Position numbers and translations under genes: made by a program. Source: a virus (Duplodnaviria; Heunggongvirae; Uroviricota; Caudoviricetes). Taken from it: a stretch of 46,053 bases of DNA. This document shows, in pieces, positions 1-12,253 of the stretch; position 1 is the first letter of the stretch; every line of letters starts with the position of its first letter. A model generated the notes under the pieces. The model saw nothing but the letters and a program-made list of their open reading frames with translations, was not told the origin of the DNA and searched no databases. The DNA lies in the IMG/VR virus record IMGVR_UViG_2541047806_000008; one strand, 5' to 3'.

Positions 1-750
1 TCAGTCAATTGTTTTGTTTATTCCATCTGTGACGCCGATTATTTTCTCAAAATAATGAGATGGCGTGACACCATAATAATCTTTAAATGCACATATGAAA
101 TATGAAGTACTGTTATAGCCACATTTCTGGGCTACGACATTGATAGAATAAGAGTTTGAAGTTATGAGTTTTTTTGCATACCTCATCCTAGTATCTCTCA
201 ATATTTCAGTAAATGACGTTCCTTCATCCCTTAATCTTTTTTTTATTAAACTTTCACTCGTATAAATCAATTCCGCAATATCTTTTAAATGCCATTGCCG
301 CTCAATATTAAAACTGATTATTCCAGTAATTTTACAGGTGAATGTATTTATATTTGTTAGTATAAAAGAATTTACACTTTCGCGTTTTTTGAACATGGCA
401 AGTAAGGATATACATAGTCTTTCTTTTAACCAAAGGGAGTGTGAGTCTGCTATTTTAATCCCTTCAAACAGAGAAAAAACAAGCGATAATGGAGGTTCCT
501 CTTCAGCAATATAGCCATTCTTATCAAGAGTAAATTTGCCAGGCAGCTCATTATTCACGTCGATAAAAAAGGATAAACATGTTTTCTTATCTATATCAAC
601 AATTCTTAGTTTAGAGGGGCATACTGGTAACTCCCTTCTAATTTTGTCGCTTACAATAAACAATGAATTTTTTTTGAACGAGATAACTCTCCTGTTTATA
701 ATTAAATCAAATGATTGACAGATGAAAACTACGGAGCAAACATAATCCAT
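1..750 (-). CDS. appY: AraC-family transcriptional regulator AppY
   Basis: 249-aa ORF; translation matches E. coli AppY as recalled ([21 protein letters not shown]...), with C-terminal AraC-type HTH region. Host or cargo gene at prophage boundary. Confidence 0.8.
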
Positions 751-1425
751 CTTGCACCTATCATAAAATTAAAACAAGTTGATAGCAGTCAAATAACAAC
801 CAATTAAATACACAATCATAATCAGGATGATGTGCATTTATATTTTTATACACAAAATTATAGTTTGCAAATTTTAATAAATTTCATTTAAGATTAAATT
901 ATTATATGTATATTGTTTTTTATTCTAACGTATTTCAAAGTTACATTTTTCAACGCTTACTATACTTTTTATTAACATAAACTCACTACAACGCACCTGA
1001 AACCTCTTGCTATATATATGTCAACCGTTTGAATTTAAAATAAAAAGAGTATCATTTTTACTTGCATTTCTTATCAAGTCACATTCAACAACAGTAAAAA
1101 AACATTATTAGAACCATCCAATTAACAAAAAACCAACATCCAGCTTGCTTAATTTTTCTTTATTAAACGATATTGAAAATCAATTGATAAAATACATCTA
1201 AACAACCTTTTGGGGCGCAAAAGCATAACATCAAACAAACAAATAACACACCGAAAAAACTCACAATTAATAACCTATGATATACATACTGTTTATTATG
1301 GTTGAATAAGCCACTCGATATCTGGTGCTACGGAAGTGTCCACACGGTTTAGCAGCACCCGATACTTTTTTCAGGCTTCCAGCAACGATCTTTCTTCCTC
1401 CGTTGCATATACAGCTCACCTTTTT
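751..1425 (-). promoter_or_regulatory. Extremely AT-rich upstream region of appY (putative promoter and silencing region)
   Basis: About 670 bp with no ORF of 60 aa or more, very AT-rich by eye with A/T tracts; immediately upstream of the appY start. Exact promoter elements not assigned. Confidence 0.35.
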
Positions 1426-1719
1426 TCACCCACGATTAACCAACAGCCAGACCAGCAGACACGCCACCACCGGCACAGCAAAATCCATCAGGCTTGCCAC
1501 ATCCCATGCGCGCGAATCAAAACCGCCCCACCACGGCATATTCATTCGCTTGCCATGCCCGAACATTTCAATCCAGCGATATTCTGCCTGGGTGTGTTCA
1601 CGCGCAATGAAGAACGTACAACCGGCTATCGCCCCGTAAACCCAGTTTCCGGTAAAAAGACCAATCAGTACCTGCGCAGCCACAGCACAAAGCGCATGAA
1701 GAAAAGGTGTTATATCCAT
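1426..1719 (-). CDS. Hypothetical small membrane protein (about 3 predicted hydrophobic helices)
   Basis: 97-aa ORF directly downstream of the tail fibre module; hydrophobic stretches (LHALCAVAAQVLIGLF, VYGAIAGCTFFIA, FAVPVVACLLVWLLV). Family not recognised. Confidence 0.4.
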   Translation of the reverse strand: MDITPFLHALCAVAAQVLIGLFTGNWVYGAIAGCTFFIAREHTQAEYRWIEMFGHGKRMNMPWWGGFDSRAWDVASLMDFAVPVVACLLVWLLVNRG

Positions 1720-1729
1720 TACTCCTCCT

Positions 1730-2434
1730 TTATCCGATATCGCTTCGGGAAGTTGATAACAACTTCAATTCTGACTCAAGTTCATCAACTCTTTCGGTCA
1801 GTTTCTGGATATGGTGAATCAGTGGAACAACCAGACGTTCGTACATTACACCTTCGGCAACAAGGCCATTGCTGGAAATAGCTTCCCGTGCATCATCTTC
1901 GTTAGCTGATCGCCAGTGTACAAACTGAGGGGCAATTTCTCCTACTTCCTCGGCAATCAATCCGTAGAATCCCCAGTCACGCCTGTCATTTTCGCATTGT
2001 GACCTGTACCATACAGGGCGCATCCTGAAAATGAGATCGGCGTGCTCTGAATCTATCGTCTCTACTGAATGCTTATAGCGGATAGACGATGTTGACCGCA
2101 GTACAGACGAAATTGCAGGGTCAGGATTAAGATAAAGGTTTGCCGCCGCTGTAGTCGTGGCCAAATTCCATAAATAAAACGCTTCACGACCTGTCAGTGG
2201 ATAAAAATCTCCGCCATAACGACCACTTTCCAGATCGTTCACTTCCACTTTGTTTTTCAGCTTATTATCAACTTCAGTTTTTGTGTATCTGGAGCTGATA
2301 TCCTGCTTTGCACTGGTCATATCAGTCTGAAGCGTTGATACTTTACTGTTAATTGAGGAAATATCTTCCTTCGCTTTACTGACATCTCCCTTCAGCGTGG
2401 TGATGTCTCCCGGAATTACTGTCGATGTAGCCAT
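1730..2434 (-). CDS. Tail fibre-like protein with C-terminal intramolecular chaperone (peptidase S74-like) domain
   Basis: 234-aa ORF; C-terminal region (WGFYGLIAEEVGEIAPQF ... YERLVVPLIHHIQKLTERVDELESEL) resembles the auto-cleaving chaperone domain of phage tail fibres and spikes; N-terminus coiled-coil-like. Confidence 0.5.
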   Translation of the reverse strand: MATSTVIPGDITTLKGDVSKAKEDISSINSKVSTLQTDMTSAKQDISSRYTKTEVDNKLKNKVEVNDLESGRYGGDFYPLTGREAFYLWNLATTTAAANLYLNPDPAISSVLRSTSSIRYKHSVETIDSEHADLIFRMRPVWYRSQCENDRRDWGFYGLIAEEVGEIAPQFVHWRSANEDDAREAISSNGLVAEGVMYERLVVPLIHHIQKLTERVDELESELKLLSTSRSDIG

Positions 2435-2443
2435 TTGTCTCCC

Positions 2444-2725
2444 TCACATCCAGCCACGAAGTTGATGTTCAACAACAACCGCGTATTCATCGAATATTGA
2501 CGATTTTTTTGCATCATTAATGATGCGCACGTTTACAAAATATCCGTCTTCCTTAACACATACCGGTTCGCCATCTTCAGTCAGTTCTCCGGTTTCTTTG
2601 TACACGTTACCTATCACGTCAATAAGAATATCATCCTGCATCAACTCGTCATCATAATAGCCAATGCTCTCCATAAAGGCCGAAAAGTCGGCCCTGTCTG
2701 CAAATTTGAGTGTTAAATCTTTCAT
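2444..2725 (-). CDS. Hypothetical protein in tail-fibre-assembly (tfa) position
   Basis: 93-aa ORF whose start overlaps the stop of the stf C-terminal fragment; does not resemble lambda Tfa as I recall it; function assigned by position only. Confidence 0.35.
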   Translation of the reverse strand: MKDLTLKFADRADFSAFMESIGYYDDELMQDDILIDVIGNVYKETGELTEDGEPVCVKEDGYFVNVRIINDAKKSSIFDEYAVVVEHQLRGWM

Positions 2726-3264
2726 TTAATACTCTCCCCCATTTGCGCATCAGTTAATTCTTTATGCCATATTCTCAGGTTACGAACGTGACCAAACAAG
2801 TGACGTTCTCCTCCAGCAGAAGTTCCCCCAATACGTATTTCATGTGCAGCTCCGGTATTCTTCCATGACGAAGTCTGAACAGGTGACAGGTAACCATTAC
2901 AACAGCAACGAAATTCAGTCGAGCTATTACAGACAAAACCAGCAATCATTTTGCGCCCGGCCTTCACAGATGGACTAAGATATGCAGATCTCACTCCAAA
3001 CTGAACATAAGGTAAAGGTTCTACATCCGGACTTGTAGGCGTCCTGAAAGCCAATACCAGTTGTTCATCATTAGTCGCCACGCCAATAGTGGTTAAAATT
3101 CGTGGGGCCTGATTTGGCGTAGAGTCCCAATTTTTATGTATTTCAACAAGACAGCTTAAAGGGACAGAACTTATGTTATTTCTGGTTGAAAAAATAACCA
3201 TATCACTCGCCCTTGTCGCAGGAACACCTGGTGTGACAATAAATGATGATAAGCAAGAACCTAG
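2722..3264 (-). pseudogene. stf: Side tail fibre (stf) C-terminal fragment, separated from its N-terminal part by IS5; LamG/concanavalin-like distal domain
   Basis: Reading frame is open from the IS5 junction (CTAG at 3261-3264) to the stop at 2722; ends with a pentraxin/LamG-like motif (FGHVRNLRIWHKELTDAQM). Same frame as the N-terminal fragment across the target duplication. Confidence 0.7.
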
Positions 3265-4459
<1,195 letters not shown>

Positions 4460-6290
4460 CTAGCTCTATTTGAGGGGTGGTTACATCCATAAAACTAGTC
4501 TTATCAAAATTAGCACCCAGTTTGTTTGACATCAGAATGGCGCCGTTAATATATGTAGAGTCGTCTGTTACTTTATAAACAGCCTCTACAGCAACCCACT
4601 CACCGTCACGAACAACATTTTTCACAGCAATATTAGACGCATCTGCTCCAGACGTGAATGTATCTAGTGTGGCGCTATCAATAAAAATGGCAGCTACAGC
4701 AACTGGCGAATCCCCTTTATCAAATCTAGCCGCAAATCTTACATTATCCCCTTTTGCTCTAAAGGATATTGTAACTGCATCATTTTTGACTACCGCTATC
4801 TTATTTGCTGCTGCCCCTGATATAATTCCATATGAGCCAGAACTATCTAAATATTTTTCTGGGGTAAACGTTGCATATTTAAAACCCCTGGAATCGGTTT
4901 TTGTCTCGCTTATCTTCAGGCCTGGATTTTTATTCCACAATTCCGGAGCGTTTGAGTTTGTGAAGTAATTTGTTCTCTGCCCTTCAATTAACAGCCCTTC
5001 TTTTTCAAAACGTGGCTCATTAATTTCTGCAATGGTAAGAGCGCCGGACTTATTGATATAGGTCGCGGAACTCGCGCGGGAAAACGGGACAATTTTGTCG
5101 GATGGTATAGTGACCACATCATCGCGCACTGTTATTTTTTTATATCCCGGGCCAAATCCTGTAATCATATCCATCGAGTCATTAAACGGTATCCACACAT
5201 CAGGCAACGGCTGCAAAACTTGTTTATACGGCTCAGCTGCCTGGCTTGCGTACTCCCTGGCTGCGTCTTCACTTGCTTTTGCAGCCATCTGGCTTGCAGC
5301 GGATGCTTTCGCCGAGTTAGTCGCCGCAGTCTCGCTCGCCTTTGTGTTGGTTTCACTGGTTTTTGCTGCTTTTTGACTGTTGGCTGATGCAGTGGCAGAA
5401 GAAGCCGCCGCACTTGCAGAACCAGCTGCGGCACTCTCGCTTTGGGCTGCTGCATCCTGGCTGTTTTTCGCCGCAGTTTCGCTGGCTTTGGCATTCGTTT
5501 CGCTGGTCTTCGCTGCCGTCTGGCTGGACTTTGCGTTAGTTTCACTCGTCTTCGCAGCTTTCTGGCTGTTAGCCGCAGCAGTTGCTGATCCAGCTGCTGA
5601 AGTCGCAGAACCGGCTGCCGCGCTCTCGCTTTGGGCTGCTGCAACCTGGCTGTTTTTTGCCGCAGTTTCACTGGCTTTGGCATTCGTTTCGCTGGTTTTC
5701 GCTGCCGTCTGGCTGGACTTTGCGTTGGTTTCGCTCGTCTTTGCGGCTGTCTCGCTGTTTTTCGCGTTGGTTTCTGATTTTTTGGCTGCTGTCGCGGAGT
5801 TTGCCGATGCAGTCTTTGAGGTCGCTGCCGCCTGTGCACTATTAGCTGCATTCGTTTCTGAGGTTTTCGCCGCGTTCTTCGATGATGCCGCTGCAGTTTC
5901 GGATTTCTTTGCCGCCGCTGCGCTCTGAGAGGCGGCTTCGGCGTTGCGTGCCGCTTCTTCCACCATTTCCTCAAAACGACGCAATGCTTCCGGCATGACA
6001 TCATCTTCCGTCATGGCACCGAGAAAATCATTCAGCGTACCTGGTCTGGAACCTTCATAGACGGTAATGGTTCCGGCATGTGAAGGCGGAAAACCTTCAA
6101 CAAGCAGGATAACGCTGTACTGGCCATACTCAACATCCATGCTGTAACGCCCGGCTTCATCCGGATTTTCAGAGGCCACCGTGTTCACCAGTACCGTGGT
6201 GCTGTTACGCTTTGCCTTCAGTTGAATAGTGCAGTTCTGTATTGGTTTTCCCGCACCATCTTTCAGCACACCTGAAATCTGTACTGCCAT
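4460..6290 (-). pseudogene. stf: Side tail fibre (stf) N-terminal fragment truncated by IS5
   Basis: N-terminus MAVQISGVLKDGAGKPIQNCTIQLKA... is lambda Stf/StfR-like; ATG at 6288-6290 preceded by GGAG; long Ala/Ser/Thr-rich repeats; the track ORF runs 38 nt into IS5 before stopping at 4422. Confidence 0.8.
5400..5780. repeat. Tandem direct duplication of about 189 bp inside stf
   Basis: Sequence from about 5431 recurs from about 5620 with few mismatches (offset 189 bp, 63 codons, in frame); encodes repeated KTSETNAKSSQTAAKTSETNAKASETAAKNSQ blocks. Confidence 0.7.
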
Positions 6291-6299
6291 ACTCACTCC

Positions 6300-6330
6300 A
6301 CAAATAAAAAAGGCGCCATTTCTGGCGCCC
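6300..6330 (-). terminator. Putative intrinsic terminator between J and stf
   Basis: Inverted repeat GGCGCC-ATTTCT-GGCGCC at 6312-6329 followed on the minus strand by a U-tract (plus-strand A-run about 6306-6311). Confidence 0.5.
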
Positions 6331-6350
6331 GTATTGGGGTTATAAATATT

Positions 6351-9300
6351 TCAACGGATACTGATACCGGAAGCAGCTTTTTTGGTCACAATCACCGTAC
6401 AGTCTGTGATGTTACCTGCGCCCTGATTGCCTTTCTGGAAAATCTTAAACTCCAGAGTGACGCTTCCCCTGCCACTCGGCATATCAATAACCGCACTGTA
6501 GCTACCGGGAATGGCCCCTTTAGTTTCTCTGGATGCGATTAATACACCGTTTTTGCGAACTTCAAAACCATAACCCGTGTATCTTGTACCTCCCGGGTTA
6601 TTACCACTTCCCGGATCGCTATACGCTATTCCGTTAAAGATAATGGGCGGAATAATGATTTGACGGTCAAAGTTATGATCATCGCTGATGGTGACTGTAA
6701 CCGTCCCGTTTGGTGTTTCCGTATTACCCCACGTACCAGCCTGTTTCGGGAATGATTTGGATACAGCTTTAACGAAGTCACCTCTGACCTGAGTCGCCTC
6801 CAGCATGCCCTTAATCGTACAGTTTTCATTTACCGTGACATTGTTGAGCGTCCCGGCGTTCGCATTCACACTGCCACTGATATCCGCATTTTTAGCGGTC
6901 AGCTTTCCGTCCGGTGTCAGGGAAAATGCCGGTGGATTTCCACCGCTGGTAATGGTGGGGGCCGTCAGGCGTTTCAGGAACACGTCGTTCATGAATATCT
7001 GATCGCCCTGACCAACAAACATCGGTTTTGTGTTGCCATTCGCAGGATTAATCATCGCAATCCTGTCTGCCGCCAGCAGCACCTGACTCTGCATGCCGTC
7101 AGGGGTGTTCTCAATACCGGCACCGATACCCGCAATATAAAGGCGTCCGTCCTGCATCTGCTGCAGCTTCACAGCCCACATGCTGTTCAGGTTATTATTT
7201 GTATCAACCTGAACTTTCTGTATCTGCTGGATCGCTGCACTCTGGTCTTCCAGTTTCTTATTGACGGTCTGTGTGATTTCATTGCTGACATCCGTAATGG
7301 ACGTCCTGATTTCAGCCAGGTCAGGCGCAAGCTGACCGTTATCAATCTGCGTCCACAGCTCCTGGGCCAGATGTGTTTTCCCGATTTCTCCTTTGAAAAA
7401 ATCCAGATAGCCTGATGCATCATCACTCGGCTGACCGACAGCCTCCACGAATGCCGATTTGCCAACGGTGTTCACACTGCGGATATAAAAGTAATAATCA
7501 TGGCCCGGTTTGATATTGATACTGGCGGCTATCCAGTACAGCGCCGTGCCAAGATAGCGTGCTGTGGTTTCAACCTGCCTGATATCCGCAATCCGCTTTT
7601 CCGAGAACCAGAACTCAAACTGTACCGTCGGATCATAAACCGCAAGATGCGGCGTGGCGGTTATCTGAAAATAGCCCGGCGTCAGCTCAATCCGCGACGG
7701 CGCTGCCGGTGCGGCAATCCGGAACGATACCGACGCCGGATCGCCCTGCTGCCCCCACGCATTTACTGCCCGGACTGTCAGCCTGTAGTTCCCCAGCGCC
7801 AGTTGTGTGAAGCGGTAAGTGGTTTCCATCGTCCGGGCCGTGCTGACCAGCCGCTCACTGCCGTCATCCGCTGTTACGGTCAGGCGAAGCATAAAGCTCA
7901 CACCCTTCACCACCTTCGGCGTGTCCCAGCGCGCCAGCACCTGATATTCCCCGCTGTCTGCGGTGACTTCGGCAGTCAGGTGCTGCACCGCTGGCGGCGT
8001 GACACCATTCACCGTGCCGCTCTGGTCGCCGTCAAAGTGCGCCCCGTTATCCACGATGGCTTCTTTTTCCGGTACATGCTGCACGGCGGTGATGGCATAC
8101 GTGCCGTCGTCGTTCTCACGGATACTCACGCAGCGGAACAGGCGCTGGCGCAGCGTCGGCAGCTTCAGCCCCCACACGCTGTATTCAGCAACGCCGTCAG
8201 GAACACGGCTCACTTTCACCTTCACGCCGTCGGTGACGGACTGAACCTCCACGCTGACCGGATTGCCACTTCCGTCAACCAGGCTTATCAGCGTGGTACC
8301 GGAGGATGGCAGCGTGATTTCACGGTCGAGCGTCAGCGTCCGGGTCTGGCTGTTTACCGCCAGCACGCGCCCGCCGATGCTGATACCGGCATAGTCATCA
8401 TCACAGATTTCAATGACATCGCCCGGCACATGGCGAAGCCCTTCTGCGCCCACGCTGAAGTCCACGGTCTGCGTTTCCAGCAGTTCTGTTTTAATCAGCC
8501 ACAGCCCGGCGCGATGTGCCTGCCCCCGGCTGGTACAGCCAAAGGCATCCATCTTCGTGACGTTACGACCGTAACGGGCAATGGCCTGCGTGTCCTCCAC
8601 AAGCTCTGTCGCCGTCTCCCAGCCGTTATTCGGGTCAATCCAGTTCACCTCAACGGCATTATGGCGGTCCTTCAGGGCGCTGAAGCTGTAGCGGAACGGC
8701 GCGCCATCATCCGGCATCACCACATTACTGCGGTTATAGGTCCACACCTTATCTGATGGTCGGTCCTGCACGAACGTCAGCGTCTGCCCGTTCCATACCG
8801 GCATACAGCGCATCGCCGAGCAGAAATCACTGAGCACATCCCACGCCTTGCGCTGTGTGGTCAGGTACGCATTACAGGTGATGCGCGGCTCCGTGCCGCC
8901 AAAGCCGTCCGGCACTGACTGGTCGCAGTACTGGCCGATGACATACAGCGCCCATTTATCCACATCCGCCGCACCAAGACGTTTCCCCATGCCGTAGCGC
9001 GGATGGGTCAGCATATCCCACAGACACCAGGCCATGTTGTTGCTGTATGCCGGTTTAAACGTTCCGTCCCAGATACCGCTGTATTGCCGCGTCTGCGGGT
9101 TATAGTTCGACGGCACCTGCAGAATGCGCCCGCGCAGATGATAATTACGGCTCACCTGCTGGCTGCCGAACTGCTCCGAATCCACCTGCACGCCGACCAG
9201 TGCCGTGTTCGGGTAGCCCTGTTTCACATCGATGATTTCGGTGTATGACGACCAGAGCGTTTTGTTCTGCAGCTGGTCTGTGGTGCTGTCCGGCGTCATC

Positions 9301-9848
9301 CTGCGCATCCGGATATTGAACGGGCGCGGCGGCAGGTTACCCACCACCACCGAGGCCAGATACTGCGAGGTGGTTTTGCCCTTAATGGTGATGTCTTTTT
9401 CCGTCACCCAGCCACCATTACGCTGGATCTGAACCAGCAGGCGGACTTCCGACGGATTCCTGTCCCCCTTTGAGGTGGTTTCCACCAGTGCCTGCACGCC
9501 GAAGGTAAAACGCAGTCGGTCAATGTTTGCCGACGTGATGGTCCGGGTGATCGGCGTGTCGTATTTCACTTCCGTACCCAGCACCGTCTCGGAGCCGGAG
9601 GATTCAAATCCCTCCGGCGGTGTCTGCTCCTGCTCACCGGCCCGGAACACCACCGTGACGCCGGAGATATTGGTATTCCCCTCACTGTCCAGCACTGGCG
9701 TACTGTTCAGCAGCACGCTTTTTAATCCATCCACCGGACCTTCAACCGGCCCTTCGCTGATGGCATCGATCACACTCAGCAACTGCGTGGACTTCAGGTT
9801 GTCCTTCGCTTCGCGCGGAGTATGCCCCTTACTGCTGCCTTTACCCAT
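6351..9848 (-). CDS. J: Tail tip central fibre / host specificity protein J
   Basis: 1165-aa ORF in lambda J position; N-terminus and fibronectin-like central region resemble lambda gpJ. Confidence 0.9.
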   Translation of the reverse strand: MGKGSSKGHTPREAKDNLKSTQLLSVIDAISEGPVEGPVDGLKSVLLNSTPVLDSEGNTNISGVTVVFRAGEQEQTPPEGFESSGSETVLGTEVKYDTPITRTITSANIDRLRFTFGVQALVETTSKGDRNPSEVRLLVQIQRNGGWVTEKDITIKGKTTSQYLASVVVGNLPPRPFNIRMRRMTPDSTTDQLQNKTLWSSYTEIIDVKQGYPNTALVGVQVDSEQFGSQQVSRNYHLRGRILQVPSNYNPQTRQYSGIWDGTFKPAYSNNMAWCLWDMLTHPRYGMGKRLGAADVDKWALYVIGQYCDQSVPDGFGGTEPRITCNAYLTTQRKAWDVLSDFCSAMRCMPVWNGQTLTFVQDRPSDKVWTYNRSNVVMPDDGAPFRYSFSALKDRHNAVEVNWIDPNNGWETATELVEDTQAIARYGRNVTKMDAFGCTSRGQAHRAGLWLIKTELLETQTVDFSVGAEGLRHVPGDVIEICDDDYAGISIGGRVLAVNSQTRTLTLDREITLPSSGTTLISLVDGSGNPVSVEVQSVTDGVKVKVSRVPDGVAEYSVWGLKLPTLRQRLFRCVSIRENDDGTYAITAVQHVPEKEAIVDNGAHFDGDQSGTVNGVTPPAVQHLTAEVTADSGEYQVLARWDTPKVVKGVSFMLRLTVTADDGSERLVSTARTMETTYRFTQLALGNYRLTVRAVNAWGQQGDPASVSFRIAAPAAPSRIELTPGYFQITATPHLAVYDPTVQFEFWFSEKRIADIRQVETTARYLGTALYWIAASINIKPGHDYYFYIRSVNTVGKSAFVEAVGQPSDDASGYLDFFKGEIGKTHLAQELWTQIDNGQLAPDLAEIRTSITDVSNEITQTVNKKLEDQSAAIQQIQKVQVDTNNNLNSMWAVKLQQMQDGRLYIAGIGAGIENTPDGMQSQVLLAADRIAMINPANGNTKPMFVGQGDQIFMNDVFLKRLTAPTITSGGNPPAFSLTPDGKLTAKNADISGSVNANAGTLNNVTVNENCTIKGMLEATQVRGDFVKAVSKSFPKQAGTWGNTETPNGTVTVTISDDHNFDRQIIIPPIIFNGIAYSDPGSGNNPGGTRYTGYGFEVRKNGVLIASRETKGAIPGSYSAVIDMPSGRGSVTLEFKIFQKGNQGAGNITDCTVIVTKKAASGISIR

Positions 9849-9907
9849 TCCTCACGCTCCATAAACGACAAAACCGCCCGGAGGCGGTTTCACATAAACG
9901 TTTTTCA

Positions 9908-10579
9908 TCAGCGACCAATCACCACAACCTGACCACCATCCCCTTCGTCTGCCGTGCTGATCTCCTGAGAGACCACCCGCGACCCCACGCGCATTTCACC
10001 GTACAGAACCGGCAGAACATTGCCCTGGGCAACCATGTTATCCAGTGAGGAGAAATAGGTGTTCTGCTTACCGTTATCCGTTGTCTGTGTACGGGGAGTT
10101 CTGGCTTTCGGTGCCAGCATCTGCGCCACACCACCGAGCACCATACTGGCACCGAGAGAAAACAGGATGCCGGTCATACCACCGGCCCCAATGGCTGCCC
10201 CCCATGCTGCAAGGGTGGCTCCGGCGGTAAAGAATGATCCGGCAATGGCGGCAGCCCCCAGGACAATCTGGAATACGCCACCTGACTTGGCCCCGGCGAC
10301 TCTGGGAACAATATGAATCACAGCGCCATCAGGCAGAGTCTCATGTAACTGCGCCGTTAACCCGGACGTGCTGACGTCCCGCCCGGCAATCCGTACCTGA
10401 TACCAGCCGTCGCTCAGTTTCTGACGAAACGCCGGGAGCTGTGTGGCCAGTGCCCGGATGGCTTCAGCCCCCGTTTTCACACGAAGGTCGATGCGGCGAC
10501 CAAATCGTTGTAAATCCCCGTAAAGGCAGATGCGCGCCATGCCCGGTGACGCCAGAGGGAGTGTGTGCGTCGCTGCCAT
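9908..10579 (-). CDS. I: Tail tip assembly protein I
   Basis: 223 aa, same length and synteny as lambda gpI. Confidence 0.8.
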   Translation of the reverse strand: MAATHTLPLASPGMARICLYGDLQRFGRRIDLRVKTGAEAIRALATQLPAFRQKLSDGWYQVRIAGRDVSTSGLTAQLHETLPDGAVIHIVPRVAGAKSGGVFQIVLGAAAIAGSFFTAGATLAAWGAAIGAGGMTGILFSLGASMVLGGVAQMLAPKARTPRTQTTDNGKQNTYFSSLDNMVAQGNVLPVLYGEMRVGSRVVSQEISTADEGDGGQVVVIGR

Positions 10580-11220
10580 TTGTCGGTGTACCTCTCTCGT
10601 TTGCTCAGTTGTTCAGGAATATGGTGCAGCAGCTCGCCGTCGCCGCAGTAAATTGCGGCGTGATTCGGCACTGATGAACCAAAACAGCACAGCAGCACAT
10701 CGCCCGGCTGTGCCGCTGACAACGGCACCTGATACAGCCCCGTCGCCTCCAGATTATCCAGATAGAGATTCTGGCCGTTACGCCACCAGTCATCCTCACG
10801 ATAAAAGTCCGGCATCTCAATCCCCGCCAGATGATAAGCATCCCGGAACAGTGTGTAACAGTCCGTCACACCGTGCTCAAAGCGCCGCCCGGTGAGATGC
10901 GGCACACAGCGGAACTTATGAATCGTCCCCCGGCAGACCAGCCACCACGGCAAATCACTCTGCACCTGCAGCCGCCGGTCGGCCTCACTCAGCCAGGGCA
11001 GACCACCGGGGTGGCTGTGGACCAGCGCCACAATCTCACCCTGCATTTCTGCCTGCAGCCAGTCTTCCGGCGACATACGGAAATACGCCTCCGGCTCACC
11101 GGAGATATTCACGCAGGGAAAATATCTTTCCCCCTCCGGCGTGCTTACCACGAAGCCGCACGACTCCGCTGGCGCACATCGCCGGGCGTGCGCCAGAATC
11201 GCTGATTCTGTCTGTGTCAT
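10477..11220 (-). CDS. K: Tail tip assembly protein K (MPN/JAB plus NlpC/P60-like)
   Basis: N-terminus MTQTESAILAHARRCAPAESCGFV as in lambda gpK; 3-prime end overlaps I as in lambda. Confidence 0.8.
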   Translation of the reverse strand: MTQTESAILAHARRCAPAESCGFVVSTPEGERYFPCVNISGEPEAYFRMSPEDWLQAEMQGEIVALVHSHPGGLPWLSEADRRLQVQSDLPWWLVCRGTIHKFRCVPHLTGRRFEHGVTDCYTLFRDAYHLAGIEMPDFYREDDWWRNGQNLYLDNLEATGLYQVPLSAAQPGDVLLCCFGSSVPNHAAIYCGDGELLHHIPEQLSKRERYTDKWQRRTHSLWRHRAWRASAFTGIYNDLVAASTFV

Positions 11221-11225
11221 GGGAT

Positions 11226-11924
11226 TTACTGCGAAAGTTTGTTAATGGAAAGGAAGCCGCCAAAGTTGCCGACGTTATTGCGAAACTTACAGCCGCTCAG
11301 GCATTTGCTGCATTTATCCTTCGTGATATCGGACGTCGGCTGGTCATATTCATCCGCGACAGCCGGACCGTTATAACCGCACTCATCACCGCGATAGGTC
11401 CAGGTGCAGGTGTTGGCCAGCATGATGCGCCCCGGAAAAACAGCACCATCCGTTTCCGTTGGTGTGGACAACACAAAGGAGGCACTGACCGCGCTCAGTT
11501 CGCTGCACTGCTCGATGCGCCAGCGGCTGATCACCTCCTGCTCCGGATCGGCGTCACTGTTTCCGTTGACGAAGTTCACCGCATCCAGAAAACGGGCGTA
11601 AACCTTACGCCTGACCACCGTTCCGCCGACCAGACTCTGCAGATCTTCCGCCATCCCGGTGACCATACCGTACAGGTTAGAGACTGCCAGCGTGGGGCGC
11701 GTACTGGTGCCTTTGCCATTCAGTTCAAAACCACTCCCCTGAATGGGATACGCCAGATACTGCCGCCCCTGCCAGGTAACCGGCTCACCTTTTTCGTTCT
11801 GCTCATTACAGAAAAAATAACGTTCACCACCGACCTCTGTCAGATCGATTTCCCAGAGCACCACGCTGGCCGACTGCTCCGCACGGGTGCATTCATTCAG
11901 TGTTTCCTGCCGGATATCCTGCAT
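11226..11924 (-). CDS. L: Tail tip protein L
   Basis: 232 aa, lambda gpL length and position. Confidence 0.85.
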   Translation of the reverse strand: MQDIRQETLNECTRAEQSASVVLWEIDLTEVGGERYFFCNEQNEKGEPVTWQGRQYLAYPIQGSGFELNGKGTSTRPTLAVSNLYGMVTGMAEDLQSLVGGTVVRRKVYARFLDAVNFVNGNSDADPEQEVISRWRIEQCSELSAVSASFVLSTPTETDGAVFPGRIMLANTCTWTYRGDECGYNGPAVADEYDQPTSDITKDKCSKCLSGCKFRNNVGNFGGFLSINKLSQ

Positions 11925-12253
11925 CAGTTCACCACCTGTTTAAACTCTGCGCTGAACTCAACACGCAGCATACTGACCCGCGACGTCCATTTTGCGCAGA
12001 TCACCTTTATCTGCCGCCAGTCATAAGGCGGCGTCCACAGAAAGGCTTTCCAGCCTCCGTGCTCTGCCAGAAACGATTCCAGCGCCGTGGCCTCCCAACG
12101 GGGGACAGAAAGCGTCACGCTGTACGTTTTCAGGTTGGCATTCAGCCCGGCAGGCGCGCGCTGGGAGTAACCATCACCAAAGCGCACCTCCCTGACGGAA
12201 GGAGTCGAAGCCACATCCATACCCGGTTTCACTTTCCAGCGGAAGGTTTTCAT
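11924..12253 (-). CDS. M: Tail tip protein M
   Basis: 109 aa, lambda gpM length and position. Confidence 0.85.
   Translation of the reverse strand: MKTFRWKVKPGMDVASTPSVREVRFGDGYSQRAPAGLNANLKTYSVTLSVPRWEATALESFLAEHGGWKAFLWTPPYDWRQIKVICAKWTSRVSMLRVEFSAEFKQVVN

Noticed and set aside
5095-5928. Several plus-strand ORFs (5095-5376, 5342-5539, 5380-5928, 5582-5845) and a 279-aa minus-strand alternate-frame ORF (5165-6004) overlapping stf
   Set aside because: They lie in the repetitive Ala/Ser/Thr-rich region of stf; their translations are low-complexity (poly-Ala/Leu or Arg/Gln/Pro-rich) and simply mirror the repeat in other frames. The stf frame has the recognisable fibre N-terminus.
7500-8756. 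418-aa plus-strand ORF antisense to J
   Set aside because: Lies entirely inside the well-supported J gene on the opposite strand; composition is Arg/Pro/Gly-rich with no recognisable domain; long antisense ORFs of this kind occur by chance in GC-rich coding DNA.
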